Origin: Longimicrobiales bacterium
Lineage (GTDB): Bacteria; Gemmatimonadota; Gemmatimonadetes; Longimicrobiales; Gaopeijiaceae
Length of the DNA stretch: 64,000 nucleotides
Assembly: GCA_965219445.1 (NCBI GenBank)
Contig: CBDCNQ010000002.1
Location: 576,001-640,000 of the forward strand
Reading direction: 5' to 3'
Shown: positions 24,070 to 34,718 of the stretch, in pieces
How the letters are laid out: the number at the start of each line of letters is the position of its first letter
Numbering within the stretch: the first letter of the stretch is position 1
Made by a program: the position numbers and the translations under genes
Notes under the pieces: generated by a model
Told to the model about the DNA's origin: nothing
Database searches by the model: none
Seen by the model: only the letters and a program-made list of their open reading frames with translations

Positions 24070-24168
24070 GTGAAAACCATCGCCTACCTCCGTGTTTCCA
24101 CGTGGTCGCAAGACGGCACCTGGCTCAACCACGAACCCAGGAGGCCAAATGTGCCTGCGGCAGAGTGA
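24070..24168 (+). pseudogene. Serine recombinase/resolvase N-terminal stub
   Basis: GTG-KTIAYLRVSTWSQD matches the YxRVST catalytic N-terminus; similarity is lost after ~15 codons. Confidence 0.6.
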
Positions 24169-24170
24169 CT

Positions 24171-24488
24171 TCAGTCTCTCGCGACCGCGAACAGACTCTT
24201 CACCGCGACGACCAAGACCGCGCCCCCCAGGAAGAGCACGAGGTTCGCGATGATCCGGGTCATCCCCTCCCCGATGTAGGGGATCGCTCCGACAGCGCTG
24301 GTCGCTACGATCAGCGCGATCGCCGCTAAGAGGAAGGTCTGACTCTCCTTGTCGCTGATATTCAAGAATCCAACGACCAGGCCGAGCACGGCGAGTACCC
24401 AGCCAAACCACGCTTGTTCAAAGCCTAAGCCTCCGGCCACCGCGATCACCAGTCCAACGAGAAAAGCGTACTTCCCCACGAGTGCCAT
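24171..24488 (-). CDS. Small uncharacterised multi-pass membrane protein
   Basis: AAGGAGG RBS; hydrophobic helices with LGLVVGFLNISDKE..FLLAAIAL and IPYIG motifs. Confidence 0.8.
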   Translation of the reverse strand: MALVGKYAFLVGLVIAVAGGLGFEQAWFGWVLAVLGLVVGFLNISDKESQTFLLAAIALIVATSAVGAIPYIGEGMTRIIANLVLFLGGAVLVVAVKSLFAVARD

Positions 24489-24571
24489 TGTTCCTCCTTG
24501 CTAGGAAACGGCAGTGCGGATACATGAAACTGTCCCGGGTTTGAGGTCGGGTCAATAGGTGTGTAAACGTT

Positions 24572-25816
24572 TCAGGCGGCTGCTTTGCGCTGATGAGCTG
24601 AGACGGGCTTACCGTCCCTGAACTTCCTTTCTTCAAACACGTCCTTGAGCAGGTTTGGAGCGTCAAGCCTTCTGAAGCGTTTCTCCGCCACCGTCAGGAG
24701 CTTCCAGATGAGGGCGGTAGCACCTGTCGACGCGCTTAAATCGTTTTGCTGCCGACGTGCGGAGCCGTACCGAAGCGAACGGGCTTTCCACCACATTCGT
24801 CGTCCGTAGATGCTTCCAGTGGGCTTCGGGGAAGTCGTAGAACGTGACCATGCGGTCCCAGTCATCCTCGAGCACCGTCACAGCTTTCGGGTACCACGGC
24901 CCATAACGCTTGCCGAACGCCTGACGAGCTTTGAGCGCCGCGGCCCGTGTCGAGGCGTAGACGACTGTGCGCAGCAGTTCCTTGGCCTCTGACTGCCCGC
25001 GCTGCGGCAGCCGATCCAGGATGTTCCTCATCTTGTGATTCCAGCACCGCTGCTCGCCGGCCTCAGGCCACACCGTCCTCGCCGCGCCCCAGATCGCCGC
25101 GTTACCGTCGGCCATCAGTAGCTTCGGCGCTGCGAGGCCTCGAGCCTTGAGACCCCGAAAGACCTCCGCCCACGAGTCCGTTGACTCCCGGTAGCCTGAT
25201 GTGACGGCCAGAACCTCTTTCGTCCCGTCGCGCATGGCTCCCATCACCACCAGCAGCGCCGCTTTGTCTCGCTCCAGGCCCGCCTTCACGTAGATCCCGT
25301 CCGCCCATACGTAGACGACCTCACGGTCCGCCAAGGACCGCTTCGCCCACATCTCGAACTCACTCGACCACACGGCCCTGAGCCTGCGGATCGAAGCCTT
25401 CGACAGCGGCGCCCCCTCACCGAGTGGGCCCCTGAGCGCCAGCTCGAAATCCCCCGCGGCCAACCCGTGTAGGTACAGCTCCGGTATCAACTCCCCTACC
25501 TCCTTCGTCCGTCTCGCAAACAGCGGCAACACCGACTCTCGAAGCGTTCCTCCAGACCCCGTACCCGGGGGCGTCGCACCGTGATCGTGCCCGAACTCAT
25601 CGACAGCCGCCGCGCCTTGCCGTACCCGTTGCGGTAGCCAGGCGCCGCATCCACGGCTGCCTTCCGCTCTGACTTCTCACGGCCGAGGAGCTCGGTGACT
25701 TCCTCCTCCAAGATCTGTTGGATGAACTCCCGGGCCTTTTCACGGACCACTCCCTCCAGGCCCTCCCACAGCGGCATGGTGGACTCGGTCTCGGGTCCCG
25801 CGATATCCTTCCTCAT
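24572..25816 (-). pseudogene. IS256 transposase variant, two frameshifts
   Basis: Three overlapping ORF pieces (25496-25846, 24663-25532, 24572-24865) rebuild a homologue of 6234-7478 with many amino-acid differences. Confidence 0.88.
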
Positions 25817-25904
25817 GAGGCGACGTTCCTTTCCCCCGGGTGGCAACCCGGGACTCGCTGCTTAATGGTCAGCGGAAAGGTACGTCGCCTCTCTTTTTAC
25901 ACAC

Positions 25905-27191
25905 CCTTCTATGGGGCTGGCGGTCAAGACGCACCTTCCCCACGCGCCGTCGGCTCATTTTTTTGACCGTCGGCGTCCGCATGGTTTGGATTGCCCGGTC
26001 GACGACTCAGGGTGGGGAGGGGTGCGCTCGCAGGGTCCGCATCGCAGTCCGGAAGACGTTCACAGCCGTCGCGTTCTCCGCTCTGGAGCGGGAACCATCC
26101 TTCTATCTGGGACTCTGTGGCCCATCGCTTCGTTCGGCTCTCCAGGGGTGCATAGCCTTTGAGTGGGGGCTTGGGCTCTCTGCCCCACGGTGTGTATGGA
26201 TGCTGTCCCCTGTAACCGGTTCGCTTCCGTTTCGTCGGACCCCATGTTGTGACCGCTTTCGACCCCACGCTCGCCGATCCCGGCCCGGTTTACTCCGTCG
26301 CTTCCAGTCTCTTGGGGTCGTACGCTTCGCCCGTGCGCCACACCGCTAGCACGATCGAGGCGAGCTGACGCGCGATCGTCAGCTTCGCCAGATTCGGCTT
26401 CGTGCCCCCCTCTAGGAGTCGCTCGTAGTGGCGGTACAAGGGTTCGTTTTCGGCCCGACCGATCACCGTCGTCGCCGCGCCCTTGAACACACGCTTCAGC
26501 GTGTGGTTGAAGTTCCGATTCAGCCCCCGCGTCTCCGGCAGCTTGGCCAACCACTCCTCCCGGTCGCGCTTCAAGTAGACCGAGCGCCCCGCGCCGTAGG
26601 CCACTCCTCTCGAGCGCAGCACGCTCTTGAGCCGGTTCTTCACCCGCACCGTGTCGCCGACCAAGAAGTCGTAGCTCTTCGCCCGTTCCCCCAGCCGCCT
26701 GAACTGGCCCCGGTTCTTGTAGACCGTCGTCTCCAGTGATCCGATCCGCAGCTTCTCCGCCAGGGCAAACGCGTCCAGCTTGTCGGTCTTCGGGCCCCGG
26801 CTCTTGCCGACCCCCGCCACCGTCAGCTCCTCCACGTGCGGCTTCAGCACCTCGTACAGCCACCCCGACAGCGTCCCTTCTTCCAGGCATAAGTGCCGGT
26901 TCCTCGGAATCCCTCGCAGCACCTCGATCAGCGCCCGCGCGTTCGTCTCCACCACCTGCGAGCCCAAGCGCTTGCCGCTGGGGCCTACAATCCCCAGCGT
27001 GCAGCTCGACGCGTGTGCGTCGAGTCCGATATATCTCTCCATCGGCGTTCTCCTCTTGGATAGGTGGGTTGCTTCCTTGCGCGAACAATGATGAACGCGC
27101 ACCCGTTCCCGGAGGAGAACGCCTCTTCGTCTTCGGGCTGCTTCGCTGCTGATCGGTACCGGTAGCGGTCGCCATGCCCCTATGATGCCTT
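25905..27191 (-). mobile_element. IS110-family element, copy C (303-bp internal deletion)
   Basis: CCTT cores at 25905-25908 and 27188-27191; both ends and the non-coding region are retained. Confidence 0.88.
26290..27042 (-). pseudogene. IS110 transposase with in-frame 101-aa deletion
   Basis: LAKLPE is joined directly to TRGLNRNF; 753 nt versus 1056 nt in the intact copies. Confidence 0.9.
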
Positions 27192-27204
27192 TGATCCTAA
27201 CTCC

Positions 27205-27425
27205 AATAGGATAAGTCGTTGTGCCGGAGCAACGCGCTGGTGGTAGAGCTGTGCAACTTCTCCCAATGGTGCTTCAGTCGTAATTAAGACATCACCCGGT
27301 CGGGGAATGCCACGTTGCATCCAAGAGCCATAGTTCTCAATTGCAATGAATTCTGTAGGCCTACTGATCCGTCCTCTCTTCACAACCTTGGCCGTGATGA
27401 GCGGGACACCAGAAGGTGATTTCGG
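27205..27425 (-). pseudogene. Orphan HsdS target-recognition-domain fragment
   Basis: SGVPLITAKVVKRGRI..EFI...WMQRGIP.PGDVLITTEAPLGEVAQL...AQRLILL is a typical TRD sequence; cut at the IS256 end. Confidence 0.75.
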
Positions 27426-27878
27426 AGGCAGAGAGATGAAGGATGGGACCAAGAGAGAGAATGGAAATGAATGGAACGCCCTCCTCGGCGCAGCGAGCAG
27501 GCACCGAACTCGGCGCAGGCGACCGGATCACCCTCGGGCAGGAAGCCGGCACTCTTCAAACGGGTCGCTCGCAACCTCGCCGCCGCCGCCGAGCAGCTAC
27601 ACCCAGCACCCGCGTAACGCCTCTGAGCCTCGCCCCCCCTGCGCCTCGGATGGGTTCACTCCGGGGCGGTGCTCGGCGTCCGCTGCATTCCCGGTTCACG
27701 CACGCCTCACGGATACATCGCCCCGCACAGCATCCAAATCGCTGCTTCCCACCTTCCCCGAGGACGCACCGCACCCTGACCTCGCCCCACCGCTCTTCCG
27801 CAAGGCGAGATCCCGCACTCTCAGCACCCCTGGTGACGGATCCGGGCTAGTCGAGCCGCCTCGGTTGCCGCGGGCCGA

Positions 27879-29448
27879 CTACCGCCTGCCCCGCTCACGC
27901 AAGATCCGAATGGCGGCGCCGAGGTTGTTCTGCGTCATAGCCCAGTCGAGGGGTACTCGATCGCGCGTCCGCTCCTTGAGCGCCTCGGTGAAGGCATCCA
28001 CAGCCTGCTCAAGGCGCTCTGTCCCGCTCTCTCGCTCGCCCAAGGCCGTAAGGGCGACGCCGAGGTTGTTCTGCGTCATAGCCCAGTTGAGGGGCACTCG
28101 ATCGCGCGTCCATTCCTTGAGCGCCTCAGCATAGGCATCCACGGCCTGCTCAAGGCGCTCTGTCCCGCTTTCCCGCTCGCCCAGGGCCGTAAGGGCGCCG
28201 CCGAGGTTGTTTTGCGTCGCGGCCCAGTTGAGAGGCACTCGATCGCGCGTCTGCTCCTTGAGCGCCTCAGCATAGGCATCCACGGCCTGCTCAAGGCGCT
28301 CTGTCCCGCTTTCCCGCTCGCCCATGGCCGAAAGGGCGACGCCGAGGTTGTTTTGCGTCATAGCCCAGTTGAGGGGCACTCGATCGCGCGTCCATTCCTC
28401 GAGCGCCTCGGTGTGGGCATCCACGGCCTGCTCAAGGCGCTCTGTCCCGCTTTCTCGCTCGCCCAAGGCCGTAAGGGCGGCGCCGAGGTTGTTCTGCGTC
28501 ATAGCCCAGTCGAGGGGTACTCGATCGCGCGTCCGCTCGTTGAGCGCCTCAGCATAGGCATCCACGGCCTGCTTCAAGGCGCTCTGTCCCGCTTTCCCGC
28601 TCGCCTAGGGTCTCAAGGGCGACGCCGAGGTTGTTTTGCGTCGTAGCCCAGTCGAGGGGCACCCGATCGCGCGTCTGCTCCTTGAGCGCCTCGGTGAAGG
28701 CATCCACGGCCTGCTCAAGGCGCTCTGTCCCGGGCTCCCGCTCACCCAGGGTCGCCAGGGCGACGCCAAACGCCATATGCAGGGAGGCGCGACGCTCCGA
28801 TTCGACCGTACCGCCTTCGAGCAGGGCGGCGATCTTCTTGATGACGCCGTTCAGGCCCTTCTCCAGCACCCGGCCGCGTGCTTCCGTTCCCGTGATCGGC
28901 GCTGCAACTCTCAGCGCCTCGGCGGTGAGCTGAGCACGGAGATCCTCGTGGAAGTCATCCTGCAGCCTCACGTTAACCAACTCGTAAGGCAGGTCCGCTC
29001 GATGAAGTGTGCCGTCCCCCTCGCGCGGCACGAACCACAAATTTAGTGCTTTTCCGGGATCTTTGACCGAACCGACGACTGCCAAGTCGGCATTCCACGT
29101 TTTCAACACTGTGAGGGTGCCCTTCCGCATGGCTGGCCGCCAATCGTACGCAGCACCAAGTGCTGACACGACACGGGCAGAGCGGACCAATTCGATGCCC
29201 TCAACGCCAGTGAAGGCCTCTTCGACCGTGCTCGTGTCACGTCCGGCAGCATCGTGTTGCAACCAGCACAACACCAAGCGAAATCTCTGTTCAGGAAGCG
29301 GCGGTCTGCTCTTGAAAGCATTGGCGATGGCCAACTGCGTCCGTTGAGGCGACGGCAGGAATTGCGTAAAGAACCCCTTGAGCCAACCCCTTAACACTGC
29401 CAAGACGATGGCGACGATCCAGACGACCGGACTCGTTAACAACTCCAT
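27879..29448 (-). CDS. Membrane-anchored TPR-repeat protein (1-nt frameshift at ~28573)
   Basis: N-terminal TM helix; WAxTQNNLGxAL TPR repeats; one repeat reads CTGCTTCAAGG where the others read CTGCTCAAGG. Confidence 0.85.
27915..28765 (-). repeat. About 6 tandem 141-bp (47-aa) coding repeats
   Basis: Unit WAMTQNNLGxALTALGERESGTERLEQAVDAxxEALKExTRDRVPLD/N, highly similar at DNA level. Confidence 0.92.
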
Positions 29449-29784
29449 TTCGTAGACACTCCCCCCACCTCTTCAGCTCTTGCTCGGGATGAACGCCTCT
29501 GGCGTTCGGCTATCGGACCGACGGCCGCAGTCGTGACCCACGCTCCGGACTTGTGGCGGGCCGTAGCGTCCGGATGGCGCTCGGAGCGACGGCGACGGAA
29601 ACCATGCGGTCGTTTATCCTTACTCAGCGGCTAGGGCCAGAGTCCCGTTCTGGCTGGGGGAATCGCCGGATGGAGGATGTTCCGAACACATCCAGACCGG
29701 ACGGCAGGGCGGAGCCTGCCGAGCAGCCCCGTTACCGACGGGCATCACGCGGTCGCTGAACGGAACACGCCCCTTGCCACGCCA

Positions 29785-30708
29785 TCATGACACCGTACCC
29801 AAGGGCCCGGATCGATACCGGGGGACCTCACGGATTATGCGCCGAGCTAGTGGGAAGGCCCCGGTGGCTGAGAAGATCCACCGGCCAGCATAGAGAACCT
29901 GGAGGAAGTTTTTCCGTTCTACGTTCTCCGGTGCGAGCTCAAAGGGATCTCCTGTGTCAACAGCCTTCACAAGGGCTCCACCGAACCGCCCCCTCGAGTC
30001 AGAGAAGATCTTCCTCACCCGCTCTATGTCGGAAGGGCAGGGAATGTACAGCGTAAGGCAGGGGCCGAGTGGAAAGTGGATCTCCACTCCGGGCACAGCG
30101 AAGCCGGTATTCCCGTGGTAGCCGAAATCTCGCTCGTTGTACATGGCAACGGGGTTGTCACCGATATAGAGGTCCCCGTCAGGCGCCCGGGCCAGCACCC
30201 ACGGTTTAGCGGCAATGATCTGCGCGATCTCCTCGGCCCCGTCTACGATCAGCCCCAAGGAGACGCGCTTGGCGTCTTCTTCCGTTGGTGCTGGGAGCCG
30301 CGCTTCAGACATGTCCTCGGGGACTACGCGATTCACCTTGTCAATGAGGAGCTTGTGCATGTGCAAGATGTTCGTGCGTTGATGCCGTGTGCGAAGGGCC
30401 TGAATCGCTATGAATAGAGACAACTTTGCACGATCGATGTCAGACAGGCCTTGCAGTGACGCATCCTGATGGATGCTCTCGATGATCCCTGCGGTCTGAG
30501 CTTCAACTTCAGCGAGGCCAGGCTCCAGAGTCAGGACATCTTCGTTGCTCTCTACGTCGTAAAAGAAGGCTTCCGCCGCAACGGCCCGCGTCCCGGTGGT
30601 GAAGGATCGGTCAGACGACTTATCAAACACGGCCAAGGCTCCGTCGGCATCTGTGAATCGCCGGAGCAGGAATTGAGGGACGTAGTGTTGAAGTCGGGCG
30701 TTATTCAT
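29785..30708 (-). CDS. DUF4238-family protein
   Basis: QHYVPQFLLRRF, FFY, LE..LAEVE, FIAIQALRT, IGDNPV, FPLGP motifs. Confidence 0.8.
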   Translation of the reverse strand: MNNARLQHYVPQFLLRRFTDADGALAVFDKSSDRSFTTGTRAVAAEAFFYDVESNEDVLTLEPGLAEVEAQTAGIIESIHQDASLQGLSDIDRAKLSLFIAIQALRTRHQRTNILHMHKLLIDKVNRVVPEDMSEARLPAPTEEDAKRVSLGLIVDGAEEIAQIIAAKPWVLARAPDGDLYIGDNPVAMYNERDFGYHGNTGFAVPGVEIHFPLGPCLTLYIPCPSDIERVRKIFSDSRGRFGGALVKAVDTGDPFELAPENVERKNFLQVLYAGRWIFSATGAFPLARRIIREVPRYRSGPLGTVS

Positions 30709-30776
30709 GGGCTCGCTACTAAGCTACTCAATGATGCACGGAACCCGGCATACGGCGAACGCCCGCGTGGACGCAC

Positions 30777-31970
30777 TGACCTGCCCCCCTGAAACGAGAC
30801 CAGGTGCAATGTTAGGATGAGTTGGTCTGAAGCTTTTCAGCGAGGAGGTCAGGATGGGAAGGAAGCGACACACTCTGGAGCAGATCATCACTGCACTGCG
30901 GGAGGCAGAGGTCGGTCTGGCCCGCGGCAAATCCGTGAAGCTGATGAGCCGGGAGCTCGGCATCAGCGAGCAGACGTACTACCGGTGGAGGCGGGAGTAC
31001 GGCGGGATGAAGGTGAGCCAGGGGCACGGCGCCTGAAGGAGTTCGAGCGCGAGAACGGGCGCCTGAAGCGAGCAGTGGCGGACTTGACACTGAACAAGCT
31101 GATCCTGGAGGAAGCGGCGAAGGGAAACTTCTGAGCCCCGAGCGAAGACGCAGGGCGGTGGTGCATGTGCGCCAGCGGCTCGGGGCGAGTGAGCGGCATG
31201 CGTGCCGGGTGCTGGGCCAGTCACGGTCGACGCAGCATCGTCGGCGGAAGGTGCGGGCCGACGAGGCGGCGCTTCGCTCGGACGTGATGCGGTTAGCGAG
31301 CCGGTTCGGCCGCTACGGGTACCGCCAGATCACGAACCTGCTGCGGATCGAGGGCTGGCGGGTCAATCACAAGCGTGTGGAGTGGATCTGGCGTAAGGAG
31401 GGGCTAAAAGTGCCCCGAAGGCAGCCGAAACGGGGTCGGCTGTGGCTGAATGATGGCTCGTGCATCCGGCTGAGACCGCTGCATAAGAATCATGTCTGGT
31501 CCTACGACTTCGTGAACGCGCGGACGCACGACGGTCGGCCTCTGAAGCTGCTGACCGTACTCGACGAGTCCACGAGGCAGTGTATGGCGATCAAGGTGGC
31601 TCGGAAGATCCGAGCCCATGACGTGCTCGAGGTGCTGGCCGATCTCTTCGCACGGCACGGGCCGCCCGAGCATCTACGTTCGGACAACGGTCCGGAGTTC
31701 ACGGCCAAGCTCGTGCGGCAGTGGCTAGCCAGGCTCGGCGTCCAGACGCTCTCCATCGAGCCCGGCAGTCCCTGGGAGAACGGCTACAACGAGAGCTTCA
31801 ACGGCAAGCTGAGGGACGAGTTCCTGAACGGGGAGATCTTCTACACACTCCCCGAGGCCGTCATCCTCGTCGAGCAGTGGAGGCGGCTGTACAATACTGT
31901 CCGACCCCACAGCGCCTCGGGTCGGCGACCCGCCGCCCCGGAGGCGATCAAGCCATCGCCTTGGTTCCTT
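30777..31970 (+). mobile_element. IS3-family element (IS407-like), degenerate, right end missing
   Basis: Starts TGACCTGCCCCC; frameshifted orfA (30854-31134); AAGGGAAAC slippage-like site; orfB with WSYDF, SDNGPEF, PWENGYNESFNG. Confidence 0.88.
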
Positions 31971-31979
31971 TCTGGCTAG
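31158..31979 (+). CDS. IS3-family transposase OrfB (rve integrase core)
   Basis: RYGYR, VNHKRV, WSYDF, LRSDNGPEF, YNTVRPHS. Confidence 0.9.
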   Translation: MVHVRQRLGASERHACRVLGQSRSTQHRRRKVRADEAALRSDVMRLASRFGRYGYRQITNLLRIEGWRVNHKRVEWIWRKEGLKVPRRQPKRGRLWLNDGSCIRLRPLHKNHVWSYDFVNARTHDGRPLKLLTVLDESTRQCMAIKVARKIRAHDVLEVLADLFARHGPPEHLRSDNGPEFTAKLVRQWLARLGVQTLSIEPGSPWENGYNESFNGKLRDEFLNGEIFYTLPEAVILVEQWRRLYNTVRPHSASGRRPAAPEAIKPSPWFLSG

Positions 31980-32019
31980 GATGTTCCGTTCAGAGGAGAA
32001 GAGCTGCGCAACACCACGT

Positions 32020-33381
32020 TCAATGGTTTACACCGCCGGTCTTCTGTATCCTGAAAGCGTGGGATGATACATGGCCCACGAATAGCCCGCTCTTGTTCTC
32101 GCCACGGGCGACCTGAACGGCTCGTTCAACGTCCGCTTTCCGGGTGTTCGCCCCACGGTAGATTTCCTTTATTGCCTCCGGCGGAGGGTCTATTACTTTG
32201 ACGGGCCAGCCGTTACAGTCCTCCTTTCCGGTGTCGCGCGCCTGCTCCAGATCAACCAATAGCCGGACTTCCTTCTCGTACCCCCACGATATCCCTTTCA
32301 CCAGCAACAGCCTGGACAGTGACTTCCAAGTCGCTCCAAACTCCGCGATATTTGTACTCGTAAGAATCGGGAATCCTTCTGCATTCCGTCCTATCCTCAA
32401 ATCACGTTCCATGCTCTCTCGGTCGACAAAATCTAGCCGGATAGATTCGCCTACCGATGGCTGGTATATGGGGGCTATTTCCGAGTAAATGACCGGCCTT
32501 AATTCAAAGCCTAGAGCGCTCAATGCCTCCGTATCGTAGCCCACGACTATACCAGTATTCTGGGCATAATGCGCCCACATCGTGGGAACGAGTATGTCTG
32601 TGCTAAACGAGACCACTCCCACCAGCGTATTCAAGTATTCTTGGATGAATGTGGACAGCCGCAGGTCGCCGTAGCGGAGCGACCGTGTCAATAGTTCTTC
32701 CCATGGCATCGCAATACCCAAGTGCCCTTCCAGTTTCGATTGCACCATAGCCAGAAAAGCGAGCGTATCCTCCTGCCTGTGGCTCTTCATCGTTATGACA
32801 TTGCATTCCATATCGTCGTTCAGGGCCAACAATTGAGTCGCCCGCAGATTGCGCGGTGGTCCCTCGCCGATGAGTTTTTTGGGGATGTACTTGTATAGGA
32901 TGTCGGGGATGTCCGAATCACCCCACACGGACCTCTGCGCGCACTCCTCCGATTGAAGGATTTGAAGCCAGTGCGCTGCGATGTCGCCCATGTTCGACAT
33001 CGCAACCGCGCGGTTTGCCTCATTCAAAGTCGCCATTTGTGCGTAAGCCGCGGTAAGGCGCGCCATCGTTTTCCGTATGGCCTGGTCGTCGTATAGGTGA
33101 TGACTCTCGTGGATCGAGCAATACAACCCCCGGGCAACCAATCGGTTGACTCCTTCGATCGCAACAGCCGGTGGACCAGTTATACCCCTCTGCTCTCCGC
33201 TTCGCTCTTCTGGATTCGCCTCGAAAATGACCTCACCCCGGGGCGGTGATCGCCGCTCTCTTTCGAGCCTCTCCTTTCTTCGGGACTCGTCGAGGCCAGT
33301 AAGCCTCTCCTCCATCCCTCGATTGGATATACTCGCGATGCCTGACGTTCTCAGACTTGCTGGTGCGCTTATCCGTGTCAT
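32020..33381 (-). CDS. DUF2971-like protein (true start uncertain)
   Basis: LYKY, LNDDMEC, VSFS.D...TMWAHYA..TGIVVGYD, K..SWGYEKEVR; lower GC. Confidence 0.7.
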   Translation of the reverse strand: MTRISAPASLRTSGIASISNRGMEERLTGLDESRRKERLERERRSPPRGEVIFEANPEERSGEQRGITGPPAVAIEGVNRLVARGLYCSIHESHHLYDDQAIRKTMARLTAAYAQMATLNEANRAVAMSNMGDIAAHWLQILQSEECAQRSVWGDSDIPDILYKYIPKKLIGEGPPRNLRATQLLALNDDMECNVITMKSHRQEDTLAFLAMVQSKLEGHLGIAMPWEELLTRSLRYGDLRLSTFIQEYLNTLVGVVSFSTDILVPTMWAHYAQNTGIVVGYDTEALSALGFELRPVIYSEIAPIYQPSVGESIRLDFVDRESMERDLRIGRNAEGFPILTSTNIAEFGATWKSLSRLLLVKGISWGYEKEVRLLVDLEQARDTGKEDCNGWPVKVIDPPPEAIKEIYRGANTRKADVERAVQVARGENKSGLFVGHVSSHAFRIQKTGGVNH

Positions 33382-33692
33382 CGTGCAAGCCGAAGTCAGA
33401 ACAATACGCGGCGTCCAGTCTCCCTTTCGCTCCGTGGCAGTCGCAGTTATCCGACAACGTTTCGCACCATGGGTACGGATACCGTTCGATCCTGTATTCC
33501 CCGTCGTCCCACTCTTTCGGGAGTCGATCTACGATCGACTCCCAATTGGCTACGTGGCTTGAACAATCGGAGAGCCGAAAGGGTGTAACCGATGGAGTGG
33601 ACGCCCCCTCCCGACGGCATCGCAATGTGCCAAGATGGTGTTGAGTGATTGCGACCTTGAGAGGTCTGACCATCTGAGGGAGGAGGCATCCA

Positions 33693-34718
33693 ATGGAGGA
33701 GGTTATCATCATCGCGATCGATTTGGCAAAGAACAGCTTCCAGGTACATGGGGCGAGGGGCGACGGGTTGGTGGCATATCGCAAGAAGCTGAGCCGGGGG
33801 AAGTTGCTGAGTTTTCTTGCCTCGCAGCCGCGCTGTGTGGTGGCGATGGAAGCGTGCGCCGGCGCCCACTACTGGGCCCGGGAGATCATGATGCTCGGTC
33901 ACGAGACGAGGCTGGTGCCACCGATCTACGTGAAGCCGTTCGTCAAGAGGCACAAAAACGACGCGGCGGACGCAGAGGCGATCTCGGAAGCGGTGCAGCG
34001 TCCGACCATGCACTTCGTGGCGGTGAAGACAGAAGCGCAGCAGGCGCAGGGGATGCTCTTTCGCACGCGTGACCTTCTGGTGCGCCAGCGCACCCAAACG
34101 ATAAACGCGCTTCGGGGCCACCTGGCGGAGTTCGGTGTCGTGGCTCCACAGGGCACTGCCGCGGTGAGGCGGCTGGCCGGTGTGCTCGAGGACGGGGACT
34201 CTGCGCTGCCGGGGGCGGTCCTTGAGCTGGGCAGGCTACTGCTCGAGCGGATCGATGAGCTCGATGAGAAGATCTACGGACTGGACAAGAAGCTCCGGGC
34301 GAGCGCACGGGAGGATGAAGAGACGGCGCGGCTGATGACGATCCCGGGAATCGGACCGATCACCGCGCTGGCCATCCAGGCCTTCGCGCCACCGATGGAG
34401 AGCTTCCGGCGTGGGCGCGACTTCTCGGCTTGGCTTGGCCTCGTGCCGCGGCAGCACACGACCGGGGGCAAGCCGAGGCTTGGCAGAATATCGAAGATGG
34501 GTCAGCGCGATCTCAGGCGGCTCCTGATCACGGGCGCCATGACGATTGTCCACCACGCGATCCGACGCGGCGAGACGACGGATCCGTGGCTAGCCAGGAT
34601 GTTGGCACGCAAGCCCAGGATGCTGGTCGCGGTAGCGCTGGCGAACAGGATGGCGCGCATTGTCTGGGCGCTTACGACGAAGAAGGAGATCTATCGGGCT
34701 CACGCTGCCGCCGCCTGA
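33693..34718 (+). CDS. IS110-family (IS1111 group) transposase, unrelated to the nested element
   Basis: IAIDLAKNSFQVHG, VAMEAC, KNDAADAEAI, TIPGIGP, AWLGLVP, VALANRMAR; ATGGAGTGGACGCCCC left-end-like sequence at 33592. Confidence 0.92.
   Translation: MEEVIIIAIDLAKNSFQVHGARGDGLVAYRKKLSRGKLLSFLASQPRCVVAMEACAGAHYWAREIMMLGHETRLVPPIYVKPFVKRHKNDAADAEAISEAVQRPTMHFVAVKTEAQQAQGMLFRTRDLLVRQRTQTINALRGHLAEFGVVAPQGTAAVRRLAGVLEDGDSALPGAVLELGRLLLERIDELDEKIYGLDKKLRASAREDEETARLMTIPGIGPITALAIQAFAPPMESFRRGRDFSAWLGLVPRQHTTGGKPRLGRISKMGQRDLRRLLITGAMTIVHHAIRRGETTDPWLARMLARKPRMLVAVALANRMARIVWALTTKKEIYRAHAAAA

Larger units (their letters stand above)
24543..27204 (-). mobile_element. Divergent IS256-family element (copy C) with nested, internally deleted IS110
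   Basis: IRR GAGGTCGGGTCAATAGGTGTGTAAA at 24543; split IRL ending TGATCCTAACTCC at 27204. Confidence 0.88.

Noticed and set aside
27915..28765. Regular repeats as a possible CRISPR array
   Set aside because: The units are 141-bp contiguous coding repeats with no unique spacers, and no cas genes are present.
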